A stretch of 64,000 bases of DNA from Coleofasciculus sp. B1-GNL1-01 (GCA_040220235.1 JAVJTO010000077.1), one strand, 5' to 3'; shown: positions 31,394 to 41,033, counted from the first letter of the stretch. A program made the numbers and translations. The notes: generated from the sequence alone by a model not told the origin.

Positions 31394-32515
31394 TTGGGAC
31401 GAAATCGAAAATCGGCAGACTCATTCGCTAGGCTGCCGATTTCATCTGTAGAAAACCAGCGACAAACTCTCTTAACCTGGTATGCCAACGCCTGTCGAGA
31501 CTTGCCTTGGCGAGGTAGCACCGATCCATATCCAATCTGGATTTCGGAAATTATGTTGCAGCAAACCCAGGTGAAAACGGTTATCCCTTATTATCACCGT
31601 TGGTTGGCTGAATTTCCCACTATTGAAGCGCTAGCGACAGCAGATTTACAACAGGTGCTTCTGGTTTGGCAGGGATTAGGATATTACAGTAGAGCCAGAA
31701 ATCTCCACAAAGCCGCTCAAAAAATAATCCAGGACTACGGGGGAATTTTTCCAGATCAACTGAGTGATGTTTTAGCATTACCAGGAATTGGTCGAACCAC
31801 TGCTGGCGGAATTCTCAGCGCCGCTTTTAATCAACCTGTGCCAATTCTGGATGGGAATGTGAAGCGAATTCTGGCACGATTGGTAGCTTTATCGATACCA
31901 CCTGCTAAAGCAACAAAACAGCTTTGGCAACTTTCGGAAACGTTGCTTGATCCAGAACATCCTGGCACGTTTAATCAGGCGTTAATGGATTTAGGGGCGA
32001 CTATCTGTACTCCTAAACACCCCGATTGTTGCCATTGTCCTTGGCAGAGTCACTGTCAGGCGTACAATCTAGGTGTTGCATCTAAGTTACCCATGCGTGA
32101 AGCCTCTACCCCCTTACCTCACAAAATCATTGGTGTTGCTGTAATTTGGAATGACCAAGGACAAATTTTAATTGACCGCCGCCCTGCTCAAGGGTTACTG
32201 GGTGGATTATGGGAGTTTCCTGGCGGCAAAATTGAACCGGATGAAACCGTGGCAGACTGTATTAAGCGGGAAATTCGGGAAGAATTGGGAATTGAGATTG
32301 AAGTAGGCGATCGCGTAATCACGGTTGATCATGCCTATAGCCATTTTCGCGTGACGTTGATTGTCCATCACTGTCGTCATCTCTCAGGTGTGCCTCAAGC
32401 CCTGGAATGTGATGAAATCCGTTGGGTAACCCTAGAGGAAATTGACCAGTTTCCGTTTCCCAAGGCTAATACTCAGATTATTGGGGCATTGCGTCAAGAG
32501 GCTGAAAGGATGTAG
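31394..32515 (+). CDS. mutY: A/G-specific adenine glycosylase with C-terminal Nudix domain
   Basis: SEIMLQQT, WQGLGYY, HhH LPGIG and the Fe-S motif C-x6-C-x2-C-x5-C. Confidence 0.95.
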   Translation: MGRNRKSADSFARLPISSVENQRQTLLTWYANACRDLPWRGSTDPYPIWISEIMLQQTQVKTVIPYYHRWLAEFPTIEALATADLQQVLLVWQGLGYYSRARNLHKAAQKIIQDYGGIFPDQLSDVLALPGIGRTTAGGILSAAFNQPVPILDGNVKRILARLVALSIPPAKATKQLWQLSETLLDPEHPGTFNQALMDLGATICTPKHPDCCHCPWQSHCQAYNLGVASKLPMREASTPLPHKIIGVAVIWNDQGQILIDRRPAQGLLGGLWEFPGGKIEPDETVADCIKREIREELGIEIEVGDRVITVDHAYSHFRVTLIVHHCRHLSGVPQALECDEIRWVTLEEIDQFPFPKANTQIIGALRQEAERM

Positions 32516-32527
32516 AGATAGAGTAGA

Positions 32528-32613
32528 TGGGGTGAGAGGGTGAGGGGGTGAGAGGGTGAGGGGGTGAGAGGGTGAGGGGGTGAGAGGGTGAGGGGGTGAG
32601 GGGGTGAGGGGGA
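32528..32613 (+). repeat. G-rich octamer tandem repeat (GRGGGTGA)n
   Basis: About 10 units of ggggtgag/agggtgag immediately after mutY. Confidence 0.9.
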
Positions 32614-32837
32614 GAAAAAAGAAAGTTCTACATTGATTACAAAACTTCATAGAGTGCCGTTTTCTTTTGTCCGAATACTTATTCCCTGGGCGATCGCGGT
32701 TGGCAATAAAAAAGCCCGCTCTGAAGCAATTATTAATCCAATTCTGTTGGAAGTATAGCACTACGCAGACACGTTAGGACATCAGTTAATCCTAGTAATG
32801 ACCTGATAACAGGCAAAAGGGAAATGTAAGAATGTCC

Positions 32838-34704
32838 GTAAGGATTCAGGTCGGTGTTTAGCTTGTTAATCAGCCTGGGGGCGCTCGCCGTGATCAAATA
32901 ACTTTGAAAGGGACTCAAGTCATATCGGCGAGTGCGCCCAGGCTACTTTTCCCACTCCTCACATCGCGACAAAAGGATTGACCTTGGCAGTAGAGCCAAG
33001 TAATTCATCAACCTGTAATTGACTATGTAAGTCATTCAAGGAATTGGTTCGGGTAAAAGGGAACAAGTCGATTGAACTAACTCGACCTCAGCCCTTAAGG
33101 CTTGTTGGAAAAACGTAAGAACCGAGCGTCCCTGTCGTCTACAAGTCTGTATGACGGTGAGTAAGTCAGCCGTTTGTTGAAATCGTGCCATCGAACGTGA
33201 CCCGCCACTGACTTTACGCTTGGTCACGGCTAAACGTAAAGAACGTTCAGCCAGGTTATTGTCCGGTGGGATCTGAGGATGCTCAAGAAAATACCACCAT
33301 TGCTGTGCTTTGTCTCGCAGAGAACGTAGCAATTTCCCCGCCTCATAGCCCGCCTGTCTTATCCACTGCTGTATACTTAGCTCTACTCGTAGCTTAAACC
33401 CAGCCGCCCAAGTGCGATAGGCACTATCATCTTTTGTTTGTCGCCATTTTTTGTGTTGGGCAAAAGCTTCTTCAATCAACTCAATGAATGCTTCTCCCAA
33501 AGCCGGGTTGTTACCGTGATTCAACTTGACAACTTGTTTAAAGTGACGCAACAGATGGGCTAGACATTTTTGCTGAGCTTGAGCGCTGTAGCCGTTATAA
33601 ACGCTGTAATCATCCGTGCTGAGTACACCTTCAAAGCTTTCTCCTAGCTGAGTTACTAATTCGGCCCGTGAGCGAGTGTCACCCGGATGAAACACGCAGA
33701 ACGACTGACCCGTTGTTACCCACAGCCATTCTTTAAGTCCAAGTACGGGCCAGGGGGATTCATCTACATGTACGGCGGGTTGTTTCTTGACCCATTCCCG
33801 TAATTGTTCAACGCTGTTCTTGATAGCATCCGCCATTCTCGCGTTGGTCGCCACCAGAGTTCCAACTCCAATCTCCACTCCACCCAGTTCCTTGAGCAGT
33901 TCTTGCTGCTTTTCATATGAAAGATGACCATAATTTCCTAACCACACCAAAAAGGCTTGTAGTCTCACACTCAAGTCAAGACCTGGTACAATATCTTCTG
34001 GCCAGCAAGCCGTTTGGGTTTGACCACACCTGGCACAAGTACAACTGTGTCGCTGGTATTCTACTACCTCTATTGGACGCTCTACCAATTGGGCTACTTG
34101 TTGCCTCTGTATAGCTACTGGGGTTTCGATAAATTCTACACTGCCACAATCAATACATTTTTGAGGCTTAAGGATTTCATATCGGTCTACTCGTTTAAAG
34201 CCTTTACGGGTCTTTCCCTGATGACCCGGTTGCCCTCCTGGTTTCCTTTTGGGTTGGGACTTGTCTTTGGCATCGCTTTTCGGTTTTTCCGGTTTTTTGA
34301 GCAGGTCAGTTGAGGGGGGCTTTGAGGAGGTTGTACTGTCTTTTTGAAGGCTGGCTTTGAGGCGAACGACTTCTTGCTTTAACTGCTCTATTACTAGTTG
34401 CTGCTGCACGACTATCTTCACCAGTTCTGAGCTGGGCAATTGTGGCAGACGCTCTAAATCTATTTCTCTTTCTGGTTTCATGGCAGCAGCACAACTGTTG
34501 ACTTAATTACAGCACATTTTTGGGTGCTTTGATTCACTGATTTTGATCACTCCACCCTTAGGGCGGGTAGTGAGCCGAAAGTCGGGGTGGAGCCTCCCGT
34601 CAACGAGAGCTAACACTCTTTGGGCTGTATTGGGTAAGACTCTGGCTCCACCCCTAATCATCAAGGCAGCCATTTCACCCACAAGGGCCGACCTGAATCC
34701 TTAC
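32838..34704 (-). mobile_element. IS66-family insertion sequence, single-ORF (ISBst12-like) type
   Basis: Perfect 17-bp TIRs GTAAGGATTCAGGTCGG (32838-32854) and CCGACCTGAATCCTTAC (34688-34704) flank a transposase. Confidence 0.92.
33036..34481 (-). CDS. IS66-family transposase
   Basis: SSKPPS.D, KPGGQPGHQG, zinc finger, HVDES, QKCLAHLLR and PDNNLAERSLR motifs. Confidence 0.95.
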   Translation of the reverse strand: MKPEREIDLERLPQLPSSELVKIVVQQQLVIEQLKQEVVRLKASLQKDSTTSSKPPSTDLLKKPEKPKSDAKDKSQPKRKPGGQPGHQGKTRKGFKRVDRYEILKPQKCIDCGSVEFIETPVAIQRQQVAQLVERPIEVVEYQRHSCTCARCGQTQTACWPEDIVPGLDLSVRLQAFLVWLGNYGHLSYEKQQELLKELGGVEIGVGTLVATNARMADAIKNSVEQLREWVKKQPAVHVDESPWPVLGLKEWLWVTTGQSFCVFHPGDTRSRAELVTQLGESFEGVLSTDDYSVYNGYSAQAQQKCLAHLLRHFKQVVKLNHGNNPALGEAFIELIEEAFAQHKKWRQTKDDSAYRTWAAGFKLRVELSIQQWIRQAGYEAGKLLRSLRDKAQQWWYFLEHPQIPPDNNLAERSLRLAVTKRKVSGGSRSMARFQQTADLLTVIQTCRRQGRSVLTFFQQALRAEVELVQSTCSLLPEPIP

Positions 34705-34730
34705 TACGTAGTTCTTTACCTAAATAAAAA

Positions 34731-35714
34731 ATGACAAATCCTGATATCGGTTATATACCCCCTGATTATCTAGATCGCTACCCCGAAACGTTAGCAAGAG
34801 AGGCAATTTTATCAGTACGCCAAGAGCGACAATCTAAATTATTTACTCCCCAAATGAGTCAGTACCGGGAAGCAGTGCAGGCGGTTCAGGATATCCACAG
34901 TGATTGGTATGACTTCTCTGATGTTGTAGTAAAAGTGGGTCGTCCTGAGGAACTCACAGCCGCACAACAGCAGCGATTTTATCAGTCGTTGCAAGCCTTT
35001 TGCCCCTGGAAAAAAGGACTATTTGAACTATTTGGGATTTCCATTGATGCAGAATGGCGTTCAGACTGGAAATGGGCGCGAATTTTGCCCCATATTCAAT
35101 CTCTGAACAATCGCCGGGTGGCAGATATTGGCTGTCACAATGGCTATTTTATGTTTCGCATGGCGGATCAGGAACCGGAGTGTGTGATTGGGTTTGAGCC
35201 AGTTCCTAAGCATTTCTGGAACTTCCAGCTTATCCAAAACATTGTTCAGCAACCGATGCTGACGTTTGAGTTATTGGGGGTTGAGCATATTGATTTTTAT
35301 CCCAATTTCTTTGATACAATTTTTTGTCTAGGGATTCTTTACCATCATCGAGATCCGATTAATTTATTGGGTAAATTACGGCAAGCTCTAGCACCGAAGG
35401 GAGAAATTCTTATTGATTGCCAGGGAATTCCGGGCGAACTTCCTGTGGCTTTAACTCCTCGTAAGCGCTATGCTCAAGCACGCGGTATTTGGTTTTTGCC
35501 CACTCAATCTTGTTTAGAGAATTGGCTAGTACGGGCTGGTTTTACTCAGATTCACTGTTTCTTTGCTGAACCTTTGTCCGTGCAGGAACAACGCCGCACA
35601 CCTTGGGCAAATATCAATAGTTTACGCGAATTTCTGAATCCTGATGATTTATCTGTAACGATAGAAGGGTATCCCGCACCCTGGCGCTATTATGTAATTG
35701 CTCATAAAAATTAA
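34731..35714 (+). CDS. cmoB: tRNA U34 carboxymethyltransferase CmoB-like
   Basis: PWKKG.F, IDAEWRSDWKW, DIGC.NGY, GILYH, RYAQ and TIEGYPAP match the CmoB signature. Confidence 0.85.
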   Translation: MTNPDIGYIPPDYLDRYPETLAREAILSVRQERQSKLFTPQMSQYREAVQAVQDIHSDWYDFSDVVVKVGRPEELTAAQQQRFYQSLQAFCPWKKGLFELFGISIDAEWRSDWKWARILPHIQSLNNRRVADIGCHNGYFMFRMADQEPECVIGFEPVPKHFWNFQLIQNIVQQPMLTFELLGVEHIDFYPNFFDTIFCLGILYHHRDPINLLGKLRQALAPKGEILIDCQGIPGELPVALTPRKRYAQARGIWFLPTQSCLENWLVRAGFTQIHCFFAEPLSVQEQRRTPWANINSLREFLNPDDLSVTIEGYPAPWRYYVIAHKN

Positions 35715-35784
35715 ATCATATTTTATGGGTTTTCATGAGCGTTAAACCTAACAATTTAGCACGCCAACTACGGAATAACCCATT

Positions 35785-35901
35785 TATAGCACTACGCACT
35801 AAGGTTAGGACATATCCAGAAAAATTTAAATCGCTTGACCCTGAGCGAAGTCGAAGTGTTGCCTATTGCCTATTGCCTATTGCCTAGCGCGTAGCGCTAT
35901 A
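35785..35901. mobile_element. MITE family 3, copy B (inverted), carrying a (TTGCCTA)n expansion and a CTGAGCGAAGTCGAAG repeat
   Basis: TIRs TATAGCACTACGC / GCGTAGCGCTATA. The interior matches the reverse complement of 5689-5802. Confidence 0.8.
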
Positions 35902-35903
35902 TC

Positions 35904-36416
35904 TCAGGTTGGCAAAAGCAAATCAACGTCCAACAAAAAGATAGTTTTTGCTCCAGAATCTTGAGGAATCACTGCCACATGACGGGCAATATTCACCGTA
36001 TCAGAACGACGATAAGATTCTGGTAAAAGCCGAATTGCTGAAAGTGGTACATCTATTAAAATAGGCGCGTCAGCGACAGGAATGCCATAGAGTTCACCCG
36101 TTTTATTTTGCATCGTTACTAGATATCCTCCCCCATTAGCAGCTTCCGGTAAACTCTCTTTGAAAAAGCGCTGATATAAATCGATGACCGTAATTTCTTC
36201 TTCACCAGAGTGGGTGACTCCCACCTGATTCATCCCACTCCCATGAACAGGGGCGCGATTCAAGATTTTGTAGACGGATTCAATTGGTAATGCTAGATGC
36301 AAGTTTCCCAAGGTAAAAAGAATTAACTTTAATACTTGTTTCGTTTCTCGTGTCGTTTTTTCTGAAAGTACGGATTGATTTTCTTGGGATTGAGTATTCA
36401 TGACATTATTGTTCAT
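35904..36416 (-). CDS. cheW: CheW-like protein
   Basis: CheW-like beta domain and last gene of the taxis cluster. Confidence 0.8.
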   Translation of the reverse strand: MNNNVMNTQSQENQSVLSEKTTRETKQVLKLILFTLGNLHLALPIESVYKILNRAPVHGSGMNQVGVTHSGEEEITVIDLYQRFFKESLPEAANGGGYLVTMQNKTGELYGIPVADAPILIDVPLSAIRLLPESYRRSDTVNIARHVAVIPQDSGAKTIFLLDVDLLLPT

Positions 36417-36665
36417 AACAAAAATCTTCCTTTAGACAACAAAAATTACAGTTGGTGGAGAGGGCGCAGGTCGGTCAATGGTGTTCTTACTTTTCACGGG
36501 ATCTGGAAAACCTCTCTCCGAACCTCTCCCTAGCCCTCTCCTACAAGGAGAGGGAAGCGGAATATATTTTTTTATTTGGAGAGGCTTTGAATTCTCCCCC
36601 ATAGAACAAAAAGCGAAGCAACATCTGGTCTCCCCCGTGCAACAGAAGCGAAGCATCCGCTGGCT

Positions 36666-36770
36666 TCCCCCTTTTGAAGGGGGACGGGAGGGGGATCTAA
36701 AAGGGGGACGGAAGGGGGATCTAAAGGGGGGACGGGAGGCGGATCGATAAGGGGGACGGGAGGGAACCGA
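36666..36770. repeat. Tandem repeat of about 24 nt (AAGGGGGACGGGAGGGGGATCTAA) x4
   Basis: Four degenerate units between cheA and cheW. Confidence 0.8.
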
Positions 36771-36875
36771 TCAAGGTATTGCAGAGTTTTAAGCTTAAGA
36801 TGACACAAATGCGCGTCGGGGCTACCCTACATTTTTTCACCTAATGACAAAGGACAAATGACAAAGGACTAATGA

Positions 36876-39800
36876 CTAATAACTAACAAGACTATTTTCG
36901 CGGATAATATCCTTCAACGACCCCACAAACTCTTGTTCCAAATAAGGCTTCGTGAAATACCCACTCGCCCCCAACTGCATCGCTAACCAGCGATGTTTTT
37001 GACTGCTGCGAGAGGTTAACATGGCAACGGGAACGCTGGACAATTGCGGATCTTGACGCCGTTGACTGAGAAACTCAAACCCATTCATATTCGGCATCTC
37101 AATATCACAAACCACTAACTGCACCGATGCACTTTGCTGCAATTGCTCGATCGCCTCTCGACCATCCCGCGCTTGTAACACCCGAAAACCTGCCCGTTCC
37201 AGGGTTAGCGCTAGGGTTTGTCGCAACGCCACCGCATCATCGACAATCAAAATTGTCGGTACTTGCATCATTTTGTTAAGAGTAGTTGTATCCCCTGAAC
37301 CCATCGCCGTTTCGTCTGAAGCCGCTTTCGGTACAGGCGTCGCCGTTGGCGTCATTGCTCCATGGGCAAATTCCAACAGCGCAATCCCATCAATCACCGG
37401 AATCACACTCCCATCCCCCAAAATCGTACAGCCGTAGGTATAACTAGGGGGAGAAATCGCCGCCCCAAAAGGTTTAATCACCAATTCTTGTTCTGTAACC
37501 AGACGCTCCACTTCCAGAGCAAATATCTGCTGATCCTGACGCAGTACCAACAGGGGTAATTGCCATGTCTCTGGTGCAGCAACTGAACTTAAGGCTTGAC
37601 TGGTAAGGCTTTCCGGTAAGGGGCGCTGATACTCCAACAGCTCCCCTAATCGATACGTCGGGACTAATTCTCCCCGCCAATGGAGAAACCGTTGCGCCCC
37701 GGATTTTTTCACTTGGTTGGCTTTGGGAATGATAATTTCTTCAATACTGTCCGAGGGTAACGCTAACACGGTTGTCCCGATGAAACAGACCAATAATTTG
37801 GCGATGGTAAGGGTTAACGGTAGACGTAATGTAAACGTCGTCCCGCCTCCTGGTGTCGAGGTTACCGAAATTTTACCTTTGAGCGATCGCAACTGAGTCC
37901 GCACCACATCTAACCCCACCCCTCGTCCCGATAACTCGCTGACTTGCTGGGCGGTGGAAAATCCTGGCTCAAAGATAAATCCCCACAAACGCGCCTCTGA
38001 GATTGTCGCTAATTGGTCACGGGAGACTAATCCCACCTCGACCGCCCGACGCCCAATTCGCTCGGCATTTAACCCTTGACCATCATCCCGGACTTCAATA
38101 ATTGTTTGACTTCCCTTGTGATACGCGCGAATCTCCATTTGTCCCGATTCCGGTTTTCCCCGTTGATGCCGAATCTCAGCAGACTCAATTCCATGGTCAA
38201 AGGCATTTCGGAGTAAATGGAGTAACGGATCATAGAGTTTTTCTAACACCGCTTTATCCACCAAAACCCCTGTTCCGGTTAGTTTCAAATTCACCCGTTT
38301 GTGATACGTGTTAGACAGTTCTCGTAATATCCGGGGAAACCGATTCAAGACTTCCCCAATCGGTAACATCCGCGCCCACATCAGCTCATCCCGCAAGTGG
38401 TTGAGCATTTGACGCTGCTGTTCCGTGGTTTGATCGGATTTCTTGGCAAATAGGGCGATATCATCAACCGCTTCTTCAAGCTGCACCATCTCTTCCAGAA
38501 TCCCTTGGATTTGGGAATAGAGAGCGCCGTAGCTATCCATTTCCAAGGAGTCAAAATCCGCTAATGTTTTCAGCGTTCCATCTGGAGCGCGATCCGAGTT
38601 TTGAAATCCCAGCGATCGCCCATTACCGCTTGGGGAAATTTGACGAGCCTCCGCACCCGCCATCATCCCATAGCTGTACCGTTCTGGTGCAACCAGCATC
38701 TTATCCGATAAATTTTGCAATTTATTCACAATCTGCCCAAATCGCCCAAATCGATCCAGCAAGGCTCGCACAGAACCCTGTAATTGCTGATTCTGGAGGG
38801 ATAACCCATTGCGGTTAATTGCTAATTCCCCCACCAAGTTATTCATTCGTTCCAGTCGATCTAAATCCACCCGCACGGATAGAGTCGGCGTAGGGGCGGG
38901 TGAACGAGGAGGAGTCGATGCAACGGGATTGTTGCTGGTTAGCTGATCAGTTAAAGACGCCGTGAGATTACGCTGATCCAATGGATTGGAAACCAACGAA
39001 TTCCCTTGAAACAGAGTTAATTGCGACGCCTCTTCCAGGGCGGGAAGTTGATCAAAAACTTGCTCAATCGATTGAATCGCAACATCCAGGTTGATCGGTT
39101 CAGTCGGAACTAATGCAGAGGGTTCAGGTACGACATCCGCTTCGATGTCGGTGACGGTTTCGGGAGTAACCTGGAGGTATTCCTCCGTTTGGGCGAATAT
39201 AGAACTCTCCTCGTTAACCTCTTGTGTCTCTAAAATCTCCTCACCTTCAGACGTACCAAAAATATCGTCTAACGAGGGAATGGATGAGGGTGATTCTGCT
39301 GTGGCTGGCAGGTTATACGGTTCAGTCTCTTGAGAAAACAAATCGGCGAGTAAAGGAAGCGTTTCTGGTGACGCCGCGATCGCATCTTCCTCTGTATAGG
39401 CTTCAATTGGTTGTCCTGCGGACTCTTCCTCGTCTATCGAAACCTCAGTTAATGGCAATCCCCATTGCCAATCACTCGTTTCCCACTCCTGAGAAACCCT
39501 TCGACTTCGCTCAGGGTTAACCGTTGCTGGGGTGGGAGACTCAGCCAGGGAAACTAAAGCCTCAGACGGATTTCCTCCCGTTGTTGGTTCACCAGAGAGA
39601 ACCGCTTGACGGCTGAGTTCAAAATCAGCTAGAGCTAATTGCGTAACCTCTATAGCCCTGTCAGGGTGAACCTCCAGCGCCTGTTGTGCCGTTTGGGCGA
39701 TCGCGCCAAATCCGGGCAAGTTTAAGAACTCAGCAAATCCGGCAAACACTTCAATTTGGGCGCGTAATTCTCCCGCCACTTCATAAGCCTGAGGATTCGC

Positions 39801-40322
39801 TACCACGGTAGCAAGACGTTCCAACCCTTCAGCGACATCGACTTCAAAAATCGACACCGCCATATTGATCCCCAATTCAGCGGAACTGGGCATATAACTA
39901 TCTGCCTGAGTCAGAGCATCTCCCAATCGTGCCTCAATTTGGTCAAAAATGGGAGTCCCCGTGGATATAGCCGCATCCGCATCAAAGGAACCGGTGGTAA
40001 TTTGCGATTTCAGCGGCACACTCAGACAGTCATAAGCTTGTAGCAGTTTATTTTCTAGCTCAATGTCAATATCAACGGTATCACTATACAGTGCCTTAAA
40101 GATATTTTCCAAGCGGTGAGCTAGAGTCGCGATCGCCTCTAATTCAACACTGGCTGCGCCCCCTTTTAACGAGTGAGCCGCTCGCATTAATTCGTGAACT
40201 TTGGCAGTGCTGCGCTCATCTCTGAGATTTAATAACCCTGTTTCTAAGGTCTGTAAAAGTTCTGGTGCCTCGGCAATAAAAAACTGATAGGCTTGGTCAC
40301 GAATATCGGGATTAATTGCCAT
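36876..40322 (-). CDS. cheA: Hybrid CheA-like histidine kinase (Hpt-HATPase-CheW-REC)
   Basis: MRAAHSLKG, HLLRNAFDHGIE, SGRGVGLDVV and a C-terminal receiver domain. Confidence 0.96.
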   Translation of the reverse strand: MAINPDIRDQAYQFFIAEAPELLQTLETGLLNLRDERSTAKVHELMRAAHSLKGGAASVELEAIATLAHRLENIFKALYSDTVDIDIELENKLLQAYDCLSVPLKSQITTGSFDADAAISTGTPIFDQIEARLGDALTQADSYMPSSAELGINMAVSIFEVDVAEGLERLATVVANPQAYEVAGELRAQIEVFAGFAEFLNLPGFGAIAQTAQQALEVHPDRAIEVTQLALADFELSRQAVLSGEPTTGGNPSEALVSLAESPTPATVNPERSRRVSQEWETSDWQWGLPLTEVSIDEEESAGQPIEAYTEEDAIAASPETLPLLADLFSQETEPYNLPATAESPSSIPSLDDIFGTSEGEEILETQEVNEESSIFAQTEEYLQVTPETVTDIEADVVPEPSALVPTEPINLDVAIQSIEQVFDQLPALEEASQLTLFQGNSLVSNPLDQRNLTASLTDQLTSNNPVASTPPRSPAPTPTLSVRVDLDRLERMNNLVGELAINRNGLSLQNQQLQGSVRALLDRFGRFGQIVNKLQNLSDKMLVAPERYSYGMMAGAEARQISPSGNGRSLGFQNSDRAPDGTLKTLADFDSLEMDSYGALYSQIQGILEEMVQLEEAVDDIALFAKKSDQTTEQQRQMLNHLRDELMWARMLPIGEVLNRFPRILRELSNTYHKRVNLKLTGTGVLVDKAVLEKLYDPLLHLLRNAFDHGIESAEIRHQRGKPESGQMEIRAYHKGSQTIIEVRDDGQGLNAERIGRRAVEVGLVSRDQLATISEARLWGFIFEPGFSTAQQVSELSGRGVGLDVVRTQLRSLKGKISVTSTPGGGTTFTLRLPLTLTIAKLLVCFIGTTVLALPSDSIEEIIIPKANQVKKSGAQRFLHWRGELVPTYRLGELLEYQRPLPESLTSQALSSVAAPETWQLPLLVLRQDQQIFALEVERLVTEQELVIKPFGAAISPPSYTYGCTILGDGSVIPVIDGIALLEFAHGAMTPTATPVPKAASDETAMGSGDTTTLNKMMQVPTILIVDDAVALRQTLALTLERAGFRVLQARDGREAIEQLQQSASVQLVVCDIEMPNMNGFEFLSQRRQDPQLSSVPVAMLTSRSSQKHRWLAMQLGASGYFTKPYLEQEFVGSLKDIIRENSLVSY

Positions 40323-40325
40323 ATT

Positions 40326-40395
40326 TTCGTCCTTTGTCCTTGGTCATTAGTCCTTGGTCATTAGTCTTTGGTCATTCGTCCTTTGTGCTTGGTCA
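40326..40395. repeat. STRR heptamer array x10 (TTNGTCM on +)
   Basis: Ten units ending 3 nt before the cheA ATG on the minus strand. Confidence 0.92.
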
Positions 40396-40431
40396 CAGTT
40401 TCTTGATTGAGTGGAAACTGCTATCCTTAGC

Positions 40432-40561
40432 TAAGCTGTTCGGCATTTAAACCATAATGTCAAGAATTGCGAAATCCTTGCCGTAGTAGTGCGAGCATCT
40501 TGCTCGCTACATTGAGCATCTTGCTCGCTACCCATTCCCAATTTAAATGCGTGACAGCTTA
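40432..40561. mobile_element. MITE family 2, copy C (internal palindrome duplicated)
   Basis: Same TIRs as 5579-5681, with GAGCATCTTGCTCGCTAC present twice. Confidence 0.85.
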
Positions 40562-40591
40562 GAGCATAGTTTTATTAGCGAGGGTGTAAAG

Positions 40592-40987
40592 ATGTCCAGT
40601 AAGAGATTCCAAGATTTACAGGTTTACCAGTTGGCAGAACGATTAGCTAATGAAATCTGGACAATTGTGAACGACTGGAATGGTTTTACTAGAGATACCG
40701 TAGGTAAACAGATTGTTCGTTCAGCGGATAGCATTGGTGCCAACATAGCAGAGGGAGTAGGGCGAGGAAGTTTTCAAGACAATCGGCGATTTATTCGGAT
40801 CGCTAGAGGCTCTTTGAATGAAACTCAACACTGGCTAAGACAAGCGTACATTCGCCATCTATTAACTGATGAACAAGTAGATACACTTAAATCAATCATT
40901 GATGAACTCGCCCCAAAACTCAATGCCTACCTAAAATCAATTGGTGATCACCCTAGTTCCAATCAACAAATGACAAATGACAAATGA
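40592..40987 (+). CDS. Four-helix-bundle protein (23S rRNA IVP / Avd-like family)
   Basis: FQDLQVYQ, QIVRSADSIGANIAEG.GR and RFIRIARGSLNET motifs. The ATG at 40547 lies inside a MITE, so 40592 is preferred. Confidence 0.92.
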   Translation: MSSKRFQDLQVYQLAERLANEIWTIVNDWNGFTRDTVGKQIVRSADSIGANIAEGVGRGSFQDNRRFIRIARGSLNETQHWLRQAYIRHLLTDEQVDTLKSIIDELAPKLNAYLKSIGDHPSSNQQMTNDK

Positions 40988-41033
40988 CGAATGACGAATG
41001 ACGAATGACGAATGACGAATGACGAATGACTAA
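40971..41033. repeat. STRR heptamer array x9 (TGACNAA on +)
   Basis: tgacaaa x2, tgacgaa x6, tgactaa. It contains the stop codons of both convergent genes. Confidence 0.92.

Noticed and set aside
36666..36770. CRISPR array
   Set aside because: The units are directly tandem and degenerate with no unique spacers, and there are no cas genes. The same applies to 44740-44883.
36432..36808. Three short ORFs between cheA and cheW
   Set aside because: They are composed of REP-like and tandem-repeat sequence.
40592..40987. Diversity-generating retroelement (Avd-like gene)
   Set aside because: No reverse transcriptase and no TR/VR pair with adenine-specific mismatches were seen in the window.
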